Source of the DNA: Eledone cirrhosa | Taxonomy: Eukaryota | DNA length: 64,000 nucleotides | Assembly (NCBI GenBank): GCA_964016885.1 | Contig: OZ024742.1 | Location: 260,028,001 to 260,092,000 of the forward strand | Reading direction: 5' to 3' | Part shown: piece by piece, positions 24,084 to 35,635 of the stretch | Numbering within the stretch: the stretch's first letter is position 1 | Layout of the letters: each line of letters opens with the position of its first letter | Made by a program: the position numbers and the translations under genes | Notes under the pieces: model-generated | Told to the model about the DNA's origin: nothing | Databases searched by the model: none | What the model saw: only the letters and a program-made list of their open reading frames with translations

Positions 24084-24208
24084 CAATAACTTCAACTTGG
24101 TTTGGTAAACTGATGATCCTAGTTTTTAACACTATCGTCTAATAGTGTTGTTTGAGCAAGTGTCAAAAACTAGGATCATCAGTTTACGAAACCAAGTTGA
24201 AATTATTG
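24084..24208. repeat. Near-perfect 50-bp-arm inverted repeat (MITE-like hairpin)
   Basis: CAATAACTTCAACTTGGTTTGGTAAACTGATGATCCTAGTTTTTAACACT / AGTGTCAAAAACTAGGATCATCAGTTTACGAAACCAAGTTGAAATTATTG. Confidence 0.85.
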
Positions 24209-24227
24209 TATCTGAGGAATTCGGGCG

Positions 24228-24420
24228 TAGTATAGCTGAGAGAATAGGGTGCTAAATACCCAAGCATATATTGTAAATCTAGCAAAGGGTGTTGAATACC
24301 AATGTATACATTGTAGAGCTAGCTTATGGTACTAAATAACTAGCCTAGAGTGCTAAATATCTTGGCACACATTATAGAGCTAGCCTAGGGTGCTAAATAC
24401 CCAAGTACACATTGTACTAA
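24228..24420. repeat. Minisatellite (TAGAGCTAGCCTAGGGTGCTAAATACCC-type units)
   Basis: About 5 diverged units, with a single related unit at ~22495-22530. Confidence 0.6.
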
Positions 24421-25289
24421 CAGCTGCGGCATGTGTAACTCTTTCCTCCTGAGAATCACAAACTGCAACATTTCTCTAGTTTGATAGCATATATATTGTT
24501 ACGTGATTAACAAAGTGGAAAATTCGTGTTTAAATACTATGAACCGCTTTTCAGCTGATTAAATAAATTGTGATTTCATTGACTGACAGGTATTAGTCAG
24601 CTAACTTCAGAACATTGACGTTGAAATAACATTAACAAAAATATTACTACCGGTGTAATTCACTATTTAATCTTGTAAATTTCTCACGGCATGAACAATC
24701 TTGAGTGTGTATGTGTATTGTATTGTCTCCTGTTTTCTCTCCCTCCCTTCACACACACATACAATTTAACTCGTCATACCTTGATATTATTTAACAGATA
24801 TCTAAAAACAGATTTTTTTTATTCATGTTTTATTTTTTACTGGTGTACAAATTTTCGTGAAAATGTGCAATATTAGAGTAAATTCTTCAATTTTAAATGT
24901 GATGCAGTCATAGCGCTATTTAGTACTTTTCTTGAATGTCTTACTAATGTGGTTTCATGCGGTACAGGATGTTAAGATAGGATATGATTCCAAAAATTAA
25001 TAGACTTTTGCATAGATTCTGTCTACCAAATTCCACTGACAAATCATAGATCAACCCAAGGCTATGATAGAAAACATTTTCCCAATGTGCCACACAGTGG
25101 GTGGGAATGAACTGAAAATGAAATTCTTTAACTACATAACTATGCCTGTGCCTATATTATTATCCAAAATCCAGACTATCTCTTGTCTCAAGCTTGCAGA
25201 TAAATGTCTCAATGCTTGTATTATAATAAAATTTATTTTCACTCTTTTGATACCAAACTTCTGATTCTATGAAACAGAACCATATTTAA

Positions 25290-25707
25290 CCCTTTAGCTT
25301 TTACATTACTCTATAATTACTATTATATTTTCATGATAAAGGCTTTACCTCACATAATTATCTCACATAATATCGAATCTATGTGATCTTGATATTATTT
25401 ATTTTGATGAATTGGCAGTATCGGTAGAGAGTCGGACGCCATGCTTTGACGCATAGAGTTACGGCCCTTGCCATTCTCAGTTCAAATCCCGCCGAGGTTA
25501 ACTTTGCCTTTCATCCTTACGAGGTTCATAAAATAAAGTACCAGTAATGCACTGGGTAATTGCTGGCCTTGTGCCAAAAGTAGAAACAATTATTTATTTT
25601 GAGAACAATACCTTAAAGTCGGTATGAGGGGCCAGTTACACCCGGTTTCAACAGAAAGATTCAACAGAGAATTCTGGCCTGATATGGCCGGTGTAAATGC
25701 TAAAGGA
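25290..25707. mobile_element. piggyBac-like MITE with a nested family A SINE (~25408-25593)
   Basis: TTAA-CCCTTTAGC...GTAAATGCTAAAGGA-TTAA; the same family as 41372 and 51300. Confidence 0.85.
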
Positions 25708-25844
25708 TTAAATTAAAACCTTTCAACAAAATTTTATATAAGAACTTTTTGTTACAAATACCATCTTAATACAGAAATAATTAATAATTCTTGTAATTCC
25801 TCCAAATTATTGATTAATTCAAATAAGTTGTATTTCATTAGAAA

Positions 25845-26260
25845 TTCCTGGATTGGGCAGCATGTTGTGTTCTTCAACAAGACACTTCATATGAGAAGAC
25901 AACTCACTATCATTAAAACACCTCAGAAGATTATGGGATGCACCTCATAGGAGGCCAACAAAACTTTCAGAGGTGTAAGCTATAACAACAATAACATAAG
26001 ACAGCCAAGTATCTTCCTATGAGATACATCTCCCTTATGAGGCCAGCTAAACCTACCTAGGTGTAAGCTTTAATAACAACATAATAGGAATGTCACTCCT
26101 ATCATTAAAACAGCCAAGAAATTTCCTGTGAGATGCAACTTTATAGGAGGCCAGCTAAATATACAAAGATGTGAGCTGTAACAACGACATAACTGGACTA
26201 GGGCCCCTATCAAAAATTTCCCAAGAAACCTCCCTAAACCTACATAGGTGTGAGTTAGAG
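25845..26260 (+). mobile_element. SINE CORE remnant followed by a ~95-bp tandem repeat array
   Basis: TGTTGTGTTCTTCAACAAGACACTT (CORE-like) followed by ~4 units of CTATCATTAAAACA..GATGCAAC..GGAGGCCAGCTAAACCTACATAGGTGTGAGC. Confidence 0.65.
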
Positions 26261-27751
26261 CAGCAAAAATAATAAAAAAAATAGAGTAATGAACTAGTTA
26301 AGAATCTGGCCTGTTGCACTTTTACTTTCTTCAAAGTAAAAGTAGTAGGTGTAGCAGCTACTTAGGTCATTGCCATAGCCAAACAAATCTAACTAAAGCA
26401 ATAATACAAATCTCATTAACCTTGTCACAAATGAGTCAGAATTTACCTGACTACCCAAATATTAAGTGAGAATGTTCTCAATGTCCACTGGCCCCCAACG
26501 AACTATGTCATGTGTGTGTGTGTTTTAATGACCCTTATGACCACATTTTGTTTCTCCAATTATACACCTGCTTCCCCATTCCTTACTCCATCTCTGTTAT
26601 TAGCTATCACCATCAAACATAGAGCTGTCATTCCCCCACCACTATCACTTAACTATCTTTACTCGAAAATGAAAAAAAGAAAGAAACCCCTCCCCTTAAA
26701 AAAAAATCAGTTAACCCTTAACATACTGTAATGAATTAGCAGAGAATATTAAATAACACATTTGTTAATTCAAATGTTTATAGTATCTTTACTACTGGAC
26801 AAATTATGAAAATTTACAGTATTAGAGTAAAGACTTTAATATTTCATGTCATGCTGTCATAGTGTTGTTTTGTACTTCTCAAGAATATCTTACCAATGTA
26901 GTCTCATGTGGTGCAAGACGTTAAGAATTAAACATTTATTGAATAACTAAAAATGACAGTTTTATGAACATTTATCAATTAGTATTCTTTGCCTCTTCTT
27001 CTCCCTCACCACTCCTTGCCTTCCACCAACCTTATTAACTCCCCCTTGCTCATGTGCCTCTCATCAATTCTCAGTGTCCTCAAGGAGCCAGATAGTACCT
27101 ACTTTAGGAATCATGATATCCAATATATTTTCGGAGCTCTTAGAAAATAACCTTTCTATGCATTTTTCACAATCACTCTCTTGTTACTGAGAAAATGAGA
27201 AAATCAACAACATTATAATTATTTTGAAACTGACCTTCTCCAAACCAACTCAAGTTCCATGGAAGAAACTATGTTTCAAAAGGTTCCTATTTAACCCTTT
27301 TGTTACCATATTTCTAATCAAATACACTATTTCAATTAGTGAAGAATTTTGAAAGATTTACTAAAATTATTATTTCATTGATAAGATAGTAACTTGATAT
27401 ATATTTCGTATATGAAATTACAATGGAAGATTTTAATTTAGTGCTGGTTTTGGCTGGCTGGCTTGGTTTCAGAAGTGTTAAATTAAAATATTCCAACATA
27501 ATTTTATGCCAGAATTTTTTGTTATATTACAAATACCATCTTTATAATGAAATCATTTTAGTAACTTCCTCCAAATTCTTCATTAATTAATTCAAATAAT
27601 GTATTTTATTGGAAATATGATAAGAAAAGGATTGAGCATCACTGGGTAACAGCAATTTCTCCAAGGAGAGAAGAATTCCTGTGACTAGAGAGTAAAGAAC
27701 AAGATAATTAGCAGTGTTATTTTTAGCTGCAATTCAAGGAAATAATGTATC

Positions 27752-28210
27752 GACATGTGGCTTAATGGTTAGGGTGTTGAACTCATGTACATATGGTTGT
27801 GTGTTCAACTCTTGCACCATTTGATGTGTTGTGTTCTGGATCATAGCTTTTCATATTGGCTTTCATGATGGGACTGGGGACCCTATCATTAAAACACCCA
27901 AGAATCCTGTAAGACACAATCTTATAGGAGGCAGCTAAACCTACATAGTAGATGTGATGTATAACAATAACGCAATAAGTCTGAGGACCCTATCATTAAA
28001 ATACTCAAGAAACCCTTTTTGCAACTTTATAGGAGGCCAGTTAAACCTTCATAGGAGTGAAGTGTAACAACCCAGTAGGATTGGAGACCCTGTCATTAAA
28101 ACACTCAAGAAACCCCCCTCTAAGATGCAACATTATAGGGTACAAGTTAAATCTACATAGGAGTGTGGTGTAAGAGGCCAGTTAAACCTACATAGGAGTG
28201 AGATATAAAG
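27752..28210 (+). mobile_element. tRNA/CORE SINE head followed by a ~95-bp tandem repeat array
   Basis: A-box-like GTGGCTTAATGGTTAGG, B-box-like GTTCAACTC and a CORE remnant, then 3-4 units of the same repeat as at 25900. Confidence 0.7.
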
Positions 28211-28499
28211 CAAGGTTAGCCTTGCAAAACCTCATGGCAATCTTCTCCACTTTATTGTATCCTCTGCATATCCCCTCACCAACAGGTTTGCTGTTGTTAT
28301 TTAGCCCCAGGACAACTTTAATCAAGCAGCCATGATTTTCTCATCTTATTGTATGTCTAAGACTATATTTGTCCTGCCATATCTTATATAGACACATGGG
28401 ATTTAAGGGACATTTATTTTATATTTCTGCTTGTGCAGATTTTGTTTCTTCTGAGGTGGAAGTTTATCAATTTTAAAATAAAATCTACTTTTCAGTCAC

Positions 28500-29050
28500 T
28501 CACAAGCACACACTGTACACACAATATGCACATTTATACTCACACACACCATATTGTACACACTCATTCCACACTACACACACACACTACACTACACACC
28601 ACACTATATCCCCATGATGTACACATGCACCACATGGTACACACTCACACCACACTACATATACACACATACCCATGATGTACACACATATACCCATGCT
28701 GCATACACCACACTACACACATATCCATCCTGTACAGGCCACACTATACTCACACATACATCATACTGTATACGCACACACTGTACATGTACACACACAT
28801 ACTCATGCTGTACACACCACACTGTACAGATATACACACACACATACCCATGCTGTACACATATACACACACACACCACACTGTACAGATACACACACAC
28901 ACACATACCCATGCTGCACACACCACACTCTATACACACATACACACTCATGCAATACACACGTTATATGCACATACATACACAGCCTTGTTGAACACAC
29001 CACACCGTAAACACACATACTCAAGCTTTACACGCCACACTGAATACACA
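28500..29050. repeat. CA-rich compound minisatellite
   Basis: Recurrent CACACCACACTGTACAGATA / CATACCCATGCTG units among (CA)n. Confidence 0.9.
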
Positions 29051-29520
29051 CAGACATCCTCCCCTCCTTGATATTCACAAACCTCACATCTGTTCAGTGT
29101 TAACTTCTCCAGCTATTGAGCACCTAATCACTCATAATTTGAACCCCTGACCTTACAGTTTGTATATAGAGAAATTCTAGTCTGATGACCCTTCCTCCCC
29201 CCACACCCTCCCCCTTCACCACTACAATTGATTTATGAGTGTGTCTTTATAATCCATTAATCCAATGTTGAACTGTTGGAACAGAGCTGAAAAGGAAATT
29301 AATTTTGGAGCTGTAGTCATTATAGTATTAAATTACCTTGAGACCTAATCCTGCCATTCCACCACTAGACTTTCTATCATCATCATCATCATCATCAACA
29401 TTATCACATCTGCTTTTCCATGTTGGCATGGGTTGCATGGAACTTTTTCAGGTAGTATTGCTGATGCAAAAACTTTTAGTCACTTATCCATATATATATA
29501 TATATATATATGGATAAGTG

Positions 29521-29554
<34 letters not shown>

Positions 29555-29895
29555 ATATGTGAGCTGATAGAGTACAGTTTAAGGATTTACAGAAACCCAA
29601 GAAGCTAGATTTAACACCTTTCTAGTGGGTCCGGGTATGATTTTACATTCATTTAAATTATTAATTTATTGATATTTTTTATCTGAGTGTCCCGAATCTT
29701 CTGTTATCGATTTTTTATCGTGCGGTTGATTTTAGACTTGTTCTATGTGTGACGGTATTTTAACGATAGTTATAGCTCTGATTTATCTGAATTATTGAGC
29801 CCTCTGCCGCTCATTTCGAATTTTGTTTATCGTGAACTCGTGCGCCGATTTTTCGATACTCGATCATTCTAATATATATATATATATATATATAA

Positions 29896-30110
29896 GCAAA
29901 ATTTAATATAGAAATGGCTTCTACAGGACTAGAATTGTTTCATTCGAAGGAAATCATCGGGATAGCTCTGATGATTTCCTTCAAATGAAAGATTTCTAGT
30001 CCTGTAGAAGCCATTTCTATATTAAATTTTCTTGTATATACTCTAATACTCTACCAATGTATTGAATACCTTACTTATTGTGGTTACCTCTGATTGAACC
30101 CAGGACTCAC
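29896..30110 (+). mobile_element. Short Penelope-type pLTR fragment with 5' inversion, in (TA)n
   Basis: ~68-bp inverted arms around 29965, a CTGATGA..GAAA..GTC hammerhead-like core and a ~80-bp tail. A homologue lies at 57533. Confidence 0.65.
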
Positions 30111-30659
30111 ATATATATATATATGTGTGTGAGTGAGAGAGAGCATCAGGATTTAAAATTTTCCCAAAGCTTCTTAAGTCACCCAAATGTTTGTACGTCT
30201 AGCTAAAGGTTTAAAATCTTCTAAAAGACAGCAAATGGTGACCAGGGATCCCCCAATGAATTATTTTCACACTTTTCTGGTAGCCAAGAGATGTAGGGTT
30301 CATTTCTTTACTTTTTTTCCATCTCCAGGGGTACTTTGCCTGATTTTCTCAACTATTATTTATAGCTATTTACATTGGTATGAATATATTTCAAATACAC
30401 ATACACACACATATATATACTAATAATAATTGTTTTTACTATTGGCACAAGGCCAGCAATTACCCAGTACATTACTGGTACTTTATTTTATCGACCCCGT
30501 AAGGATGAAAGGCAAAGTTAACCTCGGCGAGAATAATAAACAAGAAAGACGGTTTCATTTATACATCCCTATTTATTTTGTTATACATATTTCAACGACA
30601 TAAGGCAATTGTATAACAACTGGCATATGTGTTCTCTTCAGACAAAAAAGTATATATAT

Positions 30660-30863
30660 ATAACGAAGGACGTGTGGTAAGGAACCAGATGGACCATAAC
30701 GCACCAGAGTACTCAATACTTAGGGTAGTAGAGTGGGTAATAGGAAAATGTTTAACCCCGACGGCAGAACTCAAGCTGTTTCGATGGCTATTTCTGGACT
30801 ATTTCATCCCAGAAAAGCCGTCGAAACGGCTTGAGCTCTGCCATCGGGGTTAAACATTTTCCT
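30660..30863 (-). mobile_element. Short Penelope pLTR fragment with inversion (same family as 8968-10815)
   Basis: 30660-30800 is the reverse complement of the 10685-10815 region. 30808-30863 is an inverted copy of it. Confidence 0.85.
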
Positions 30864-31092
30864 GTAGATATATATAGTAATAATAATAAATTTGAAGACT
30901 AAAATCCAAAGAGGGCTCGATAAGGATAAATATATATCAAATATATAAGAACCGTAGAGCAAATATTTATTAAAATAACAGATTCAAGTTTAAGCTAAGA
31001 ATCGCTGCTTTCACCCTTAATGGGATCTTCTGAAACTGTGTATATGTATATATATACACATATATATGTATGTATGTGTATATATATACATA

Positions 31093-31169
31093 CAGGGTGT
31101 CCCCCAAAAATGTATACACACTTCAACAGCATTCTAATAAAAGTATGTATACATTTTTGGGACACTCTG
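31093..31169. mobile_element. Tc1/mariner MITE (77 bp)
   Basis: TA-CAGGGTGTCCCCCAAAAATGTATACA...TGTATACATTTTTGGGACACTCTG-TA. Confidence 0.85.
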
Positions 31170-31194
31170 TATGTAGATATAGATACGTATATAT

Positions 31195-31525
31195 AATTAT
31201 ACTTCGGGAGGGTCATGCTGCCAATAAAAACACATGCACCTGTTGGTTTTCACTTCAATTTATTATAAACTCCCAGTTTGTTAACCAGATGGATGTTTAT
31301 TTGTTTATTGTCAAAGCTCTTTTGTTACATATTCTGGGAGGAAACATAATAGTACCACTGATGATGTCACAGGTGGTTGATGAAAGAACATTGATAGACT
31401 ATATATATATATTTTTTTTTTTTTTTTAACCGTTGATCAATCAATGATAAACATTGCTAGCTAAATTAACTATAGGGATATAAAATATACAGAAGCGAAA
31501 ACCAATCCAAACCAAACAGTGAGTG
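31195..31525. mobile_element. Inverted pair of Penelope pLTR fragments with a hammerhead remnant
   Basis: 31195-31335 is homologous to 50295-50470. 31335-31525 is the reverse complement of the 49240-49435 / 61280-61480 type and contains CTGATGA..GAAAGAAC at 31358-31389. Confidence 0.7.
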
Positions 31526-31542
31526 TGTTTTATTATTATTTC

Positions 31543-31730
31543 TGGCGGTGTATTGGCAGTATCGGTAGAGCGAACGCCAGGCTTTCCAGCATAGTTACAT
31601 CCCTTTATGGTCTGAGTTCAAATCCCACCAAGGTTAACTTTGCCTTTCATCCTTATGAGGGTCGATAAAATAAAGTACCAGTAATGCACTGGGATAATTG
31701 CTCGCCTTGTGCCAAAAGTAGAAAACCATT
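31543..31730 (+). mobile_element. Family A SINE
   Basis: GGCGGTGTATTGGCAGTATCGGTAGAG...GAGTTCAAATCC...AGTAGAAA. Confidence 0.88.
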
Positions 31731-32999
31731 AATATGGCAAGTAGGAACATCACTGTATGTTTGTGTCGGTATTGTCTGTCTCTGTGTGGTATGTATATGT
31801 CTGTGCATGAGTGTCTCCTGTGTTATGTATGTGTTTGAGAAAGTGAGAGATGTAGAGAGTGTGATGGAAGGGGGTTTAATATAAAATCCTGCTTAAGTGT
31901 CTGAAAGCTATTCCGAAGTGTTATGAATGACCTTAAAATGGTTTTAAATCCTAAGATTTTATAAATATAATATTTAGTCTGTCAAGCATCTTCAAGGCAA
32001 TTATGCATACACACTAATGACTAGTGGTGGAAGATTGGTGCTAACTCTGTAGACAAGGGCCCCACAATATTTAACTCTTTTGTTACTATACTGCCTGAAA
32101 CCGCACCTGGTTCTGTGATATTAAACTATTTATTTTAAAATGTTTATATTTATCTAACCACATTCCATCATAATTTTATGGAAAAAAACAAACTTTATTT
32201 AGTTCTGTTCCCAACACTATATGAATAATGAGAAAGTTAGTTATATTACTAACTCCCTTCAAATTCTTAATTATATAAAAATCATATGCAGCAGTTTCAT
32301 TGGAAACATGGTAACCAAAAAGTTAAAAGGCTCTAAATTAATTGATGTTGCTACCATTAAAATCTTATACCTAAATGTATCTCATAAGGAGAAATACATC
32401 TTTGCGAGTAGCAGACAATGGTCAATATATGTATGTCCTCATTTCACTTGTGAATTAATATCAGTTTGACACAAGGGCTACAATGGAATTTTCAGCTAGA
32501 GACCACTATGGAATTTTCAGTTAGGTGCTCCTGTGGAATTTTCAACTAGGGACGACCACTGGAATTTTCAGCTAGGATCCCCTGCAAGCTTAACCAGTCC
32601 TGCTAATGATTCATTATATATTAGCCACCAAATCTGCTAATGCCCCACATATAAAGACATCAACATCATCATCGTTTAGTGTCCATTTTACCTGTTATCA
32701 AGAGTTTAATTGAGTTGTCACTGACCAAAGTAATACTGGATCTGGTGGGTTTGCATCTCCTTCACATATGTTCTTACACTTTAGAATGTACTGGATGCAT
32801 TTTATCATGTCACCAGCAATAGAAAGGTTATCATGTCTTTGAAACACTGAAGAGCCCTCTCATCCCTTTGTTTGGCAGATTTTCTATTACTGGATGCCCT
32901 TCTTATCATCAGCTACTTTACAGAGTGTATTGGGTGCATTTATGACACTAGCATTAAAGAGGTTAGCAGTTATAGATTTGATTAAAGGTTCATCTCTAC

Positions 33000-34900
33000 C
33001 CTGTGGAAAGTCAGGAAATAGAGGGATGATAAGTATATAATCTATAAAATGCCATCCAAGCAAAGAAGGAGGCTTACAAAGCTTGGCTTGAAAATAAGTC
33101 CTCCTTTTTGCACTTGCGGTACAAGTAGGCACAAAAAGTTGAAGCAGAGACAGTAAAGGTATCCAAAATTAAAACATGTGAGTACTTTTGGGTTAAATTG
33201 GAATCCAACTTTAGATCAGCAAATAAAGTATTCTAGCAGACCATCCACCAACTTCAGAATAAGAAGTCCGCTTCTATGCTTGCTATCAAGAATATGTCTG
33301 GGGTTCACCTCTCTCCAGGGAGGTGCATTCTTGCGAGGTGGAGAGAATATTTTGCTGATCTCTTAAACCTGGTCACAACAGCATCTTCTGATGTGCATGA
33401 GTTGCATCTGGATGCGATGACTGACCTCTCTGAGGTGGGGGGGGGGGGGGGGGTCACAAGAGCAATTAAAGAGCTCAAATATGGCAAAGCCGCTGGGGAG
33501 GATGAAATTAAACCTAAGATGTTAAAAGGTAATCTCTAGCTGACTCGTGTGCTGGGTGGTTTGGATCTTTGGAAAGACATCTAAGCAACGGCAATCGGGA
33601 GTGATAATTCCAATTTTCAAAAAGGGAGACCAGAGAGATTGCTTCAATTATAGAGGGTTCTCTTTGTTAAGCCTCCCAGGTAAAGTCTATCCTAAGAGTC
33701 TGGCAAAGGGATGTAGGGATATTAAGTCCCAGCTAGCTGATGAACAGTGTGGTTTTTGTTCTTGATGAACACAGCCGACCAAATATTCACACTGCAGCAG
33801 GTCTTTGAGAAATCATGGGAATATTGCCAAAAGGTGTATTTTTGTTTCATAGACCTTGAAAAGACATTTGACCATGTGCCATGGAGTCTGTTGTGGAATG
33901 TTCTGCAGGAGTATCAGATCAATGGACAGCTTCTTGTTACCCTGATATCTATACAAATGCCCTACTATTTGCGTTTGGATAAATGGTGCTAAGTCAAAAC
34001 CATTTAATGTGGGTGTCAGACTCATTCAACAGTGCATACTGTCACCTCTCCTGTTCATAATCTTCATGGAAATGATTGACATGCACAGCCAGATTGGAAG
34101 TAGTATCAGGGCTGGCAAATGTAGGATCAGCTGGCTGGAATTTGCAGATGACATTGTATTACTTAACTCATCAGGAGGTGATCTTTAACAAGCACTTGAT
34201 AGGTTTATTGCCAAGTGCTGCACTGCAAAGACTGAGGCACTTGTCCTTTCAAGGAATCCTGCGCACTGCACTCTACATGTGAGTGGAGTTCCACTGAAGC
34301 AGGTGAAGTTCAAGTATCTCGGAGTTGTGTTCATGGGTGATGGAAGGCAGGAAACTGAATTAAGTGCAAGAATTGCAGGAGCTGGTGCAGTAATGTGCCA
34401 GTTTCAGCATTCAGTCATAAGAAGAAGAGAGGTAGGTGTGAAAGCCAAACTTGCTATTTTCAATTCGGTATTCATGCTAGCCTTTACCTATGGTCATGAA
34501 TCTTTGGTAATGACCAAAAGAATACGATCACAAAGACAGGCTGTCAAAATGGAGTCCCTCTGAAAAGTCTTTGGAGTAACGTTATTTGATAGAGTGTGTA
34601 GCTCAAAGATCAGAGTCAGTCCAGGTAGACCTACTACTTCTGTGAACCGGTAGCTCACAGCTACGATACTTCAGACATGTGGTTAGAATGTCTCAGGAAA
34701 GTATTGGCGGGCAGATTTTACAGGCAGAAGACCCAGGGGTAGAACCCGTGCAAGATGGTTGGATAATATCTATGAGCTTGGTTGTTCTTGCTTGGAGATC
34801 CAGCTGGATCAATTAGAGACAGTTGCTTCTGACAGGACCCACTGGAAAGTGTGCTTAAGGACACTGTCCCCACAACATTTTCAAGAATAAGAGGGTGAAG
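33000..34900 (+). mobile_element. Degenerate RTE-clade LINE (Expander/Rex3-like)
   Basis: Frameshifted fragments IPIFKKGDQRDCFNYRG, EQCGF, TADQIFTL, FIDLEKTFDHVP, FADD, FKYLGV and YGHES. Confidence 0.9.
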
Positions 34901-35593
34901 ATGAATACATGGATAACTAAATGTATAATAAACATGTTTTTTTCAGCTAATATTTGTTTCCACTGTGTAAATACTGAACTTATGCTGTTATGTTTTAAAT
35001 TCATGTTTCATTTCCATTTAGAAATGAAACCACCTGGAAATGATATTTTTGGTGTGGGAAAGGGAGGGGAGAGACGATGGGTGGGAGAGAAAGCAAGAGA
35101 GAGAGAGTGAGAGAATGATATTTGTGGCTTTGTAAGAGATTTAGTGAGCGTGTGTGTGTGTGCTTGAAAGTGAGAATGATATTTGTGGCTTTGTAACAAG
35201 AAACTTCTCTTTTACTCACATAGACAGAGAGAGAGGAGGAGGAGAAATGGGAGAAAGCAAGAGTGAGAGAGGGGAGGAGGAGGAATGGGAGAAAGCAAGG
35301 GAGAGAGTGTGTGTGTATGTGAAAGATATTTGTGGCTTTGTAACAAGAAACTTCTCTTAAAACATCTGATAATAAAACTAGTGTTAGTTGACATTAGAGA
35401 CCCTCACCATTTTCTTTTATCTGTGTATATATATGTATGTGGGTTTGCATATGCCTGTGTGTATATTATATATATGTATGTATAATATATATATATGTAT
35501 GTGTATATATATATGTATATATATATCATCATCATCGTTTAACGTCCATCTTCCATGCTAGCATATGTATGTATATATATATTATATATATAT

Positions 35594-35635
<42 letters not shown>

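Noticed and set aside
25900-28210. CRISPR-like regularly spaced repeats
   Set aside because: The units are whole degenerate tandem repeats without unique spacers, there are no cas genes, and the context is eukaryotic.
30995-31038. Hammerhead-like CAGAAGA..GAAA on the minus strand (also CTGATGAGGAC near 6195-6213)
   Set aside because: The core is mutated, and no consistent stem I/III or NUH triplet could be drawn.
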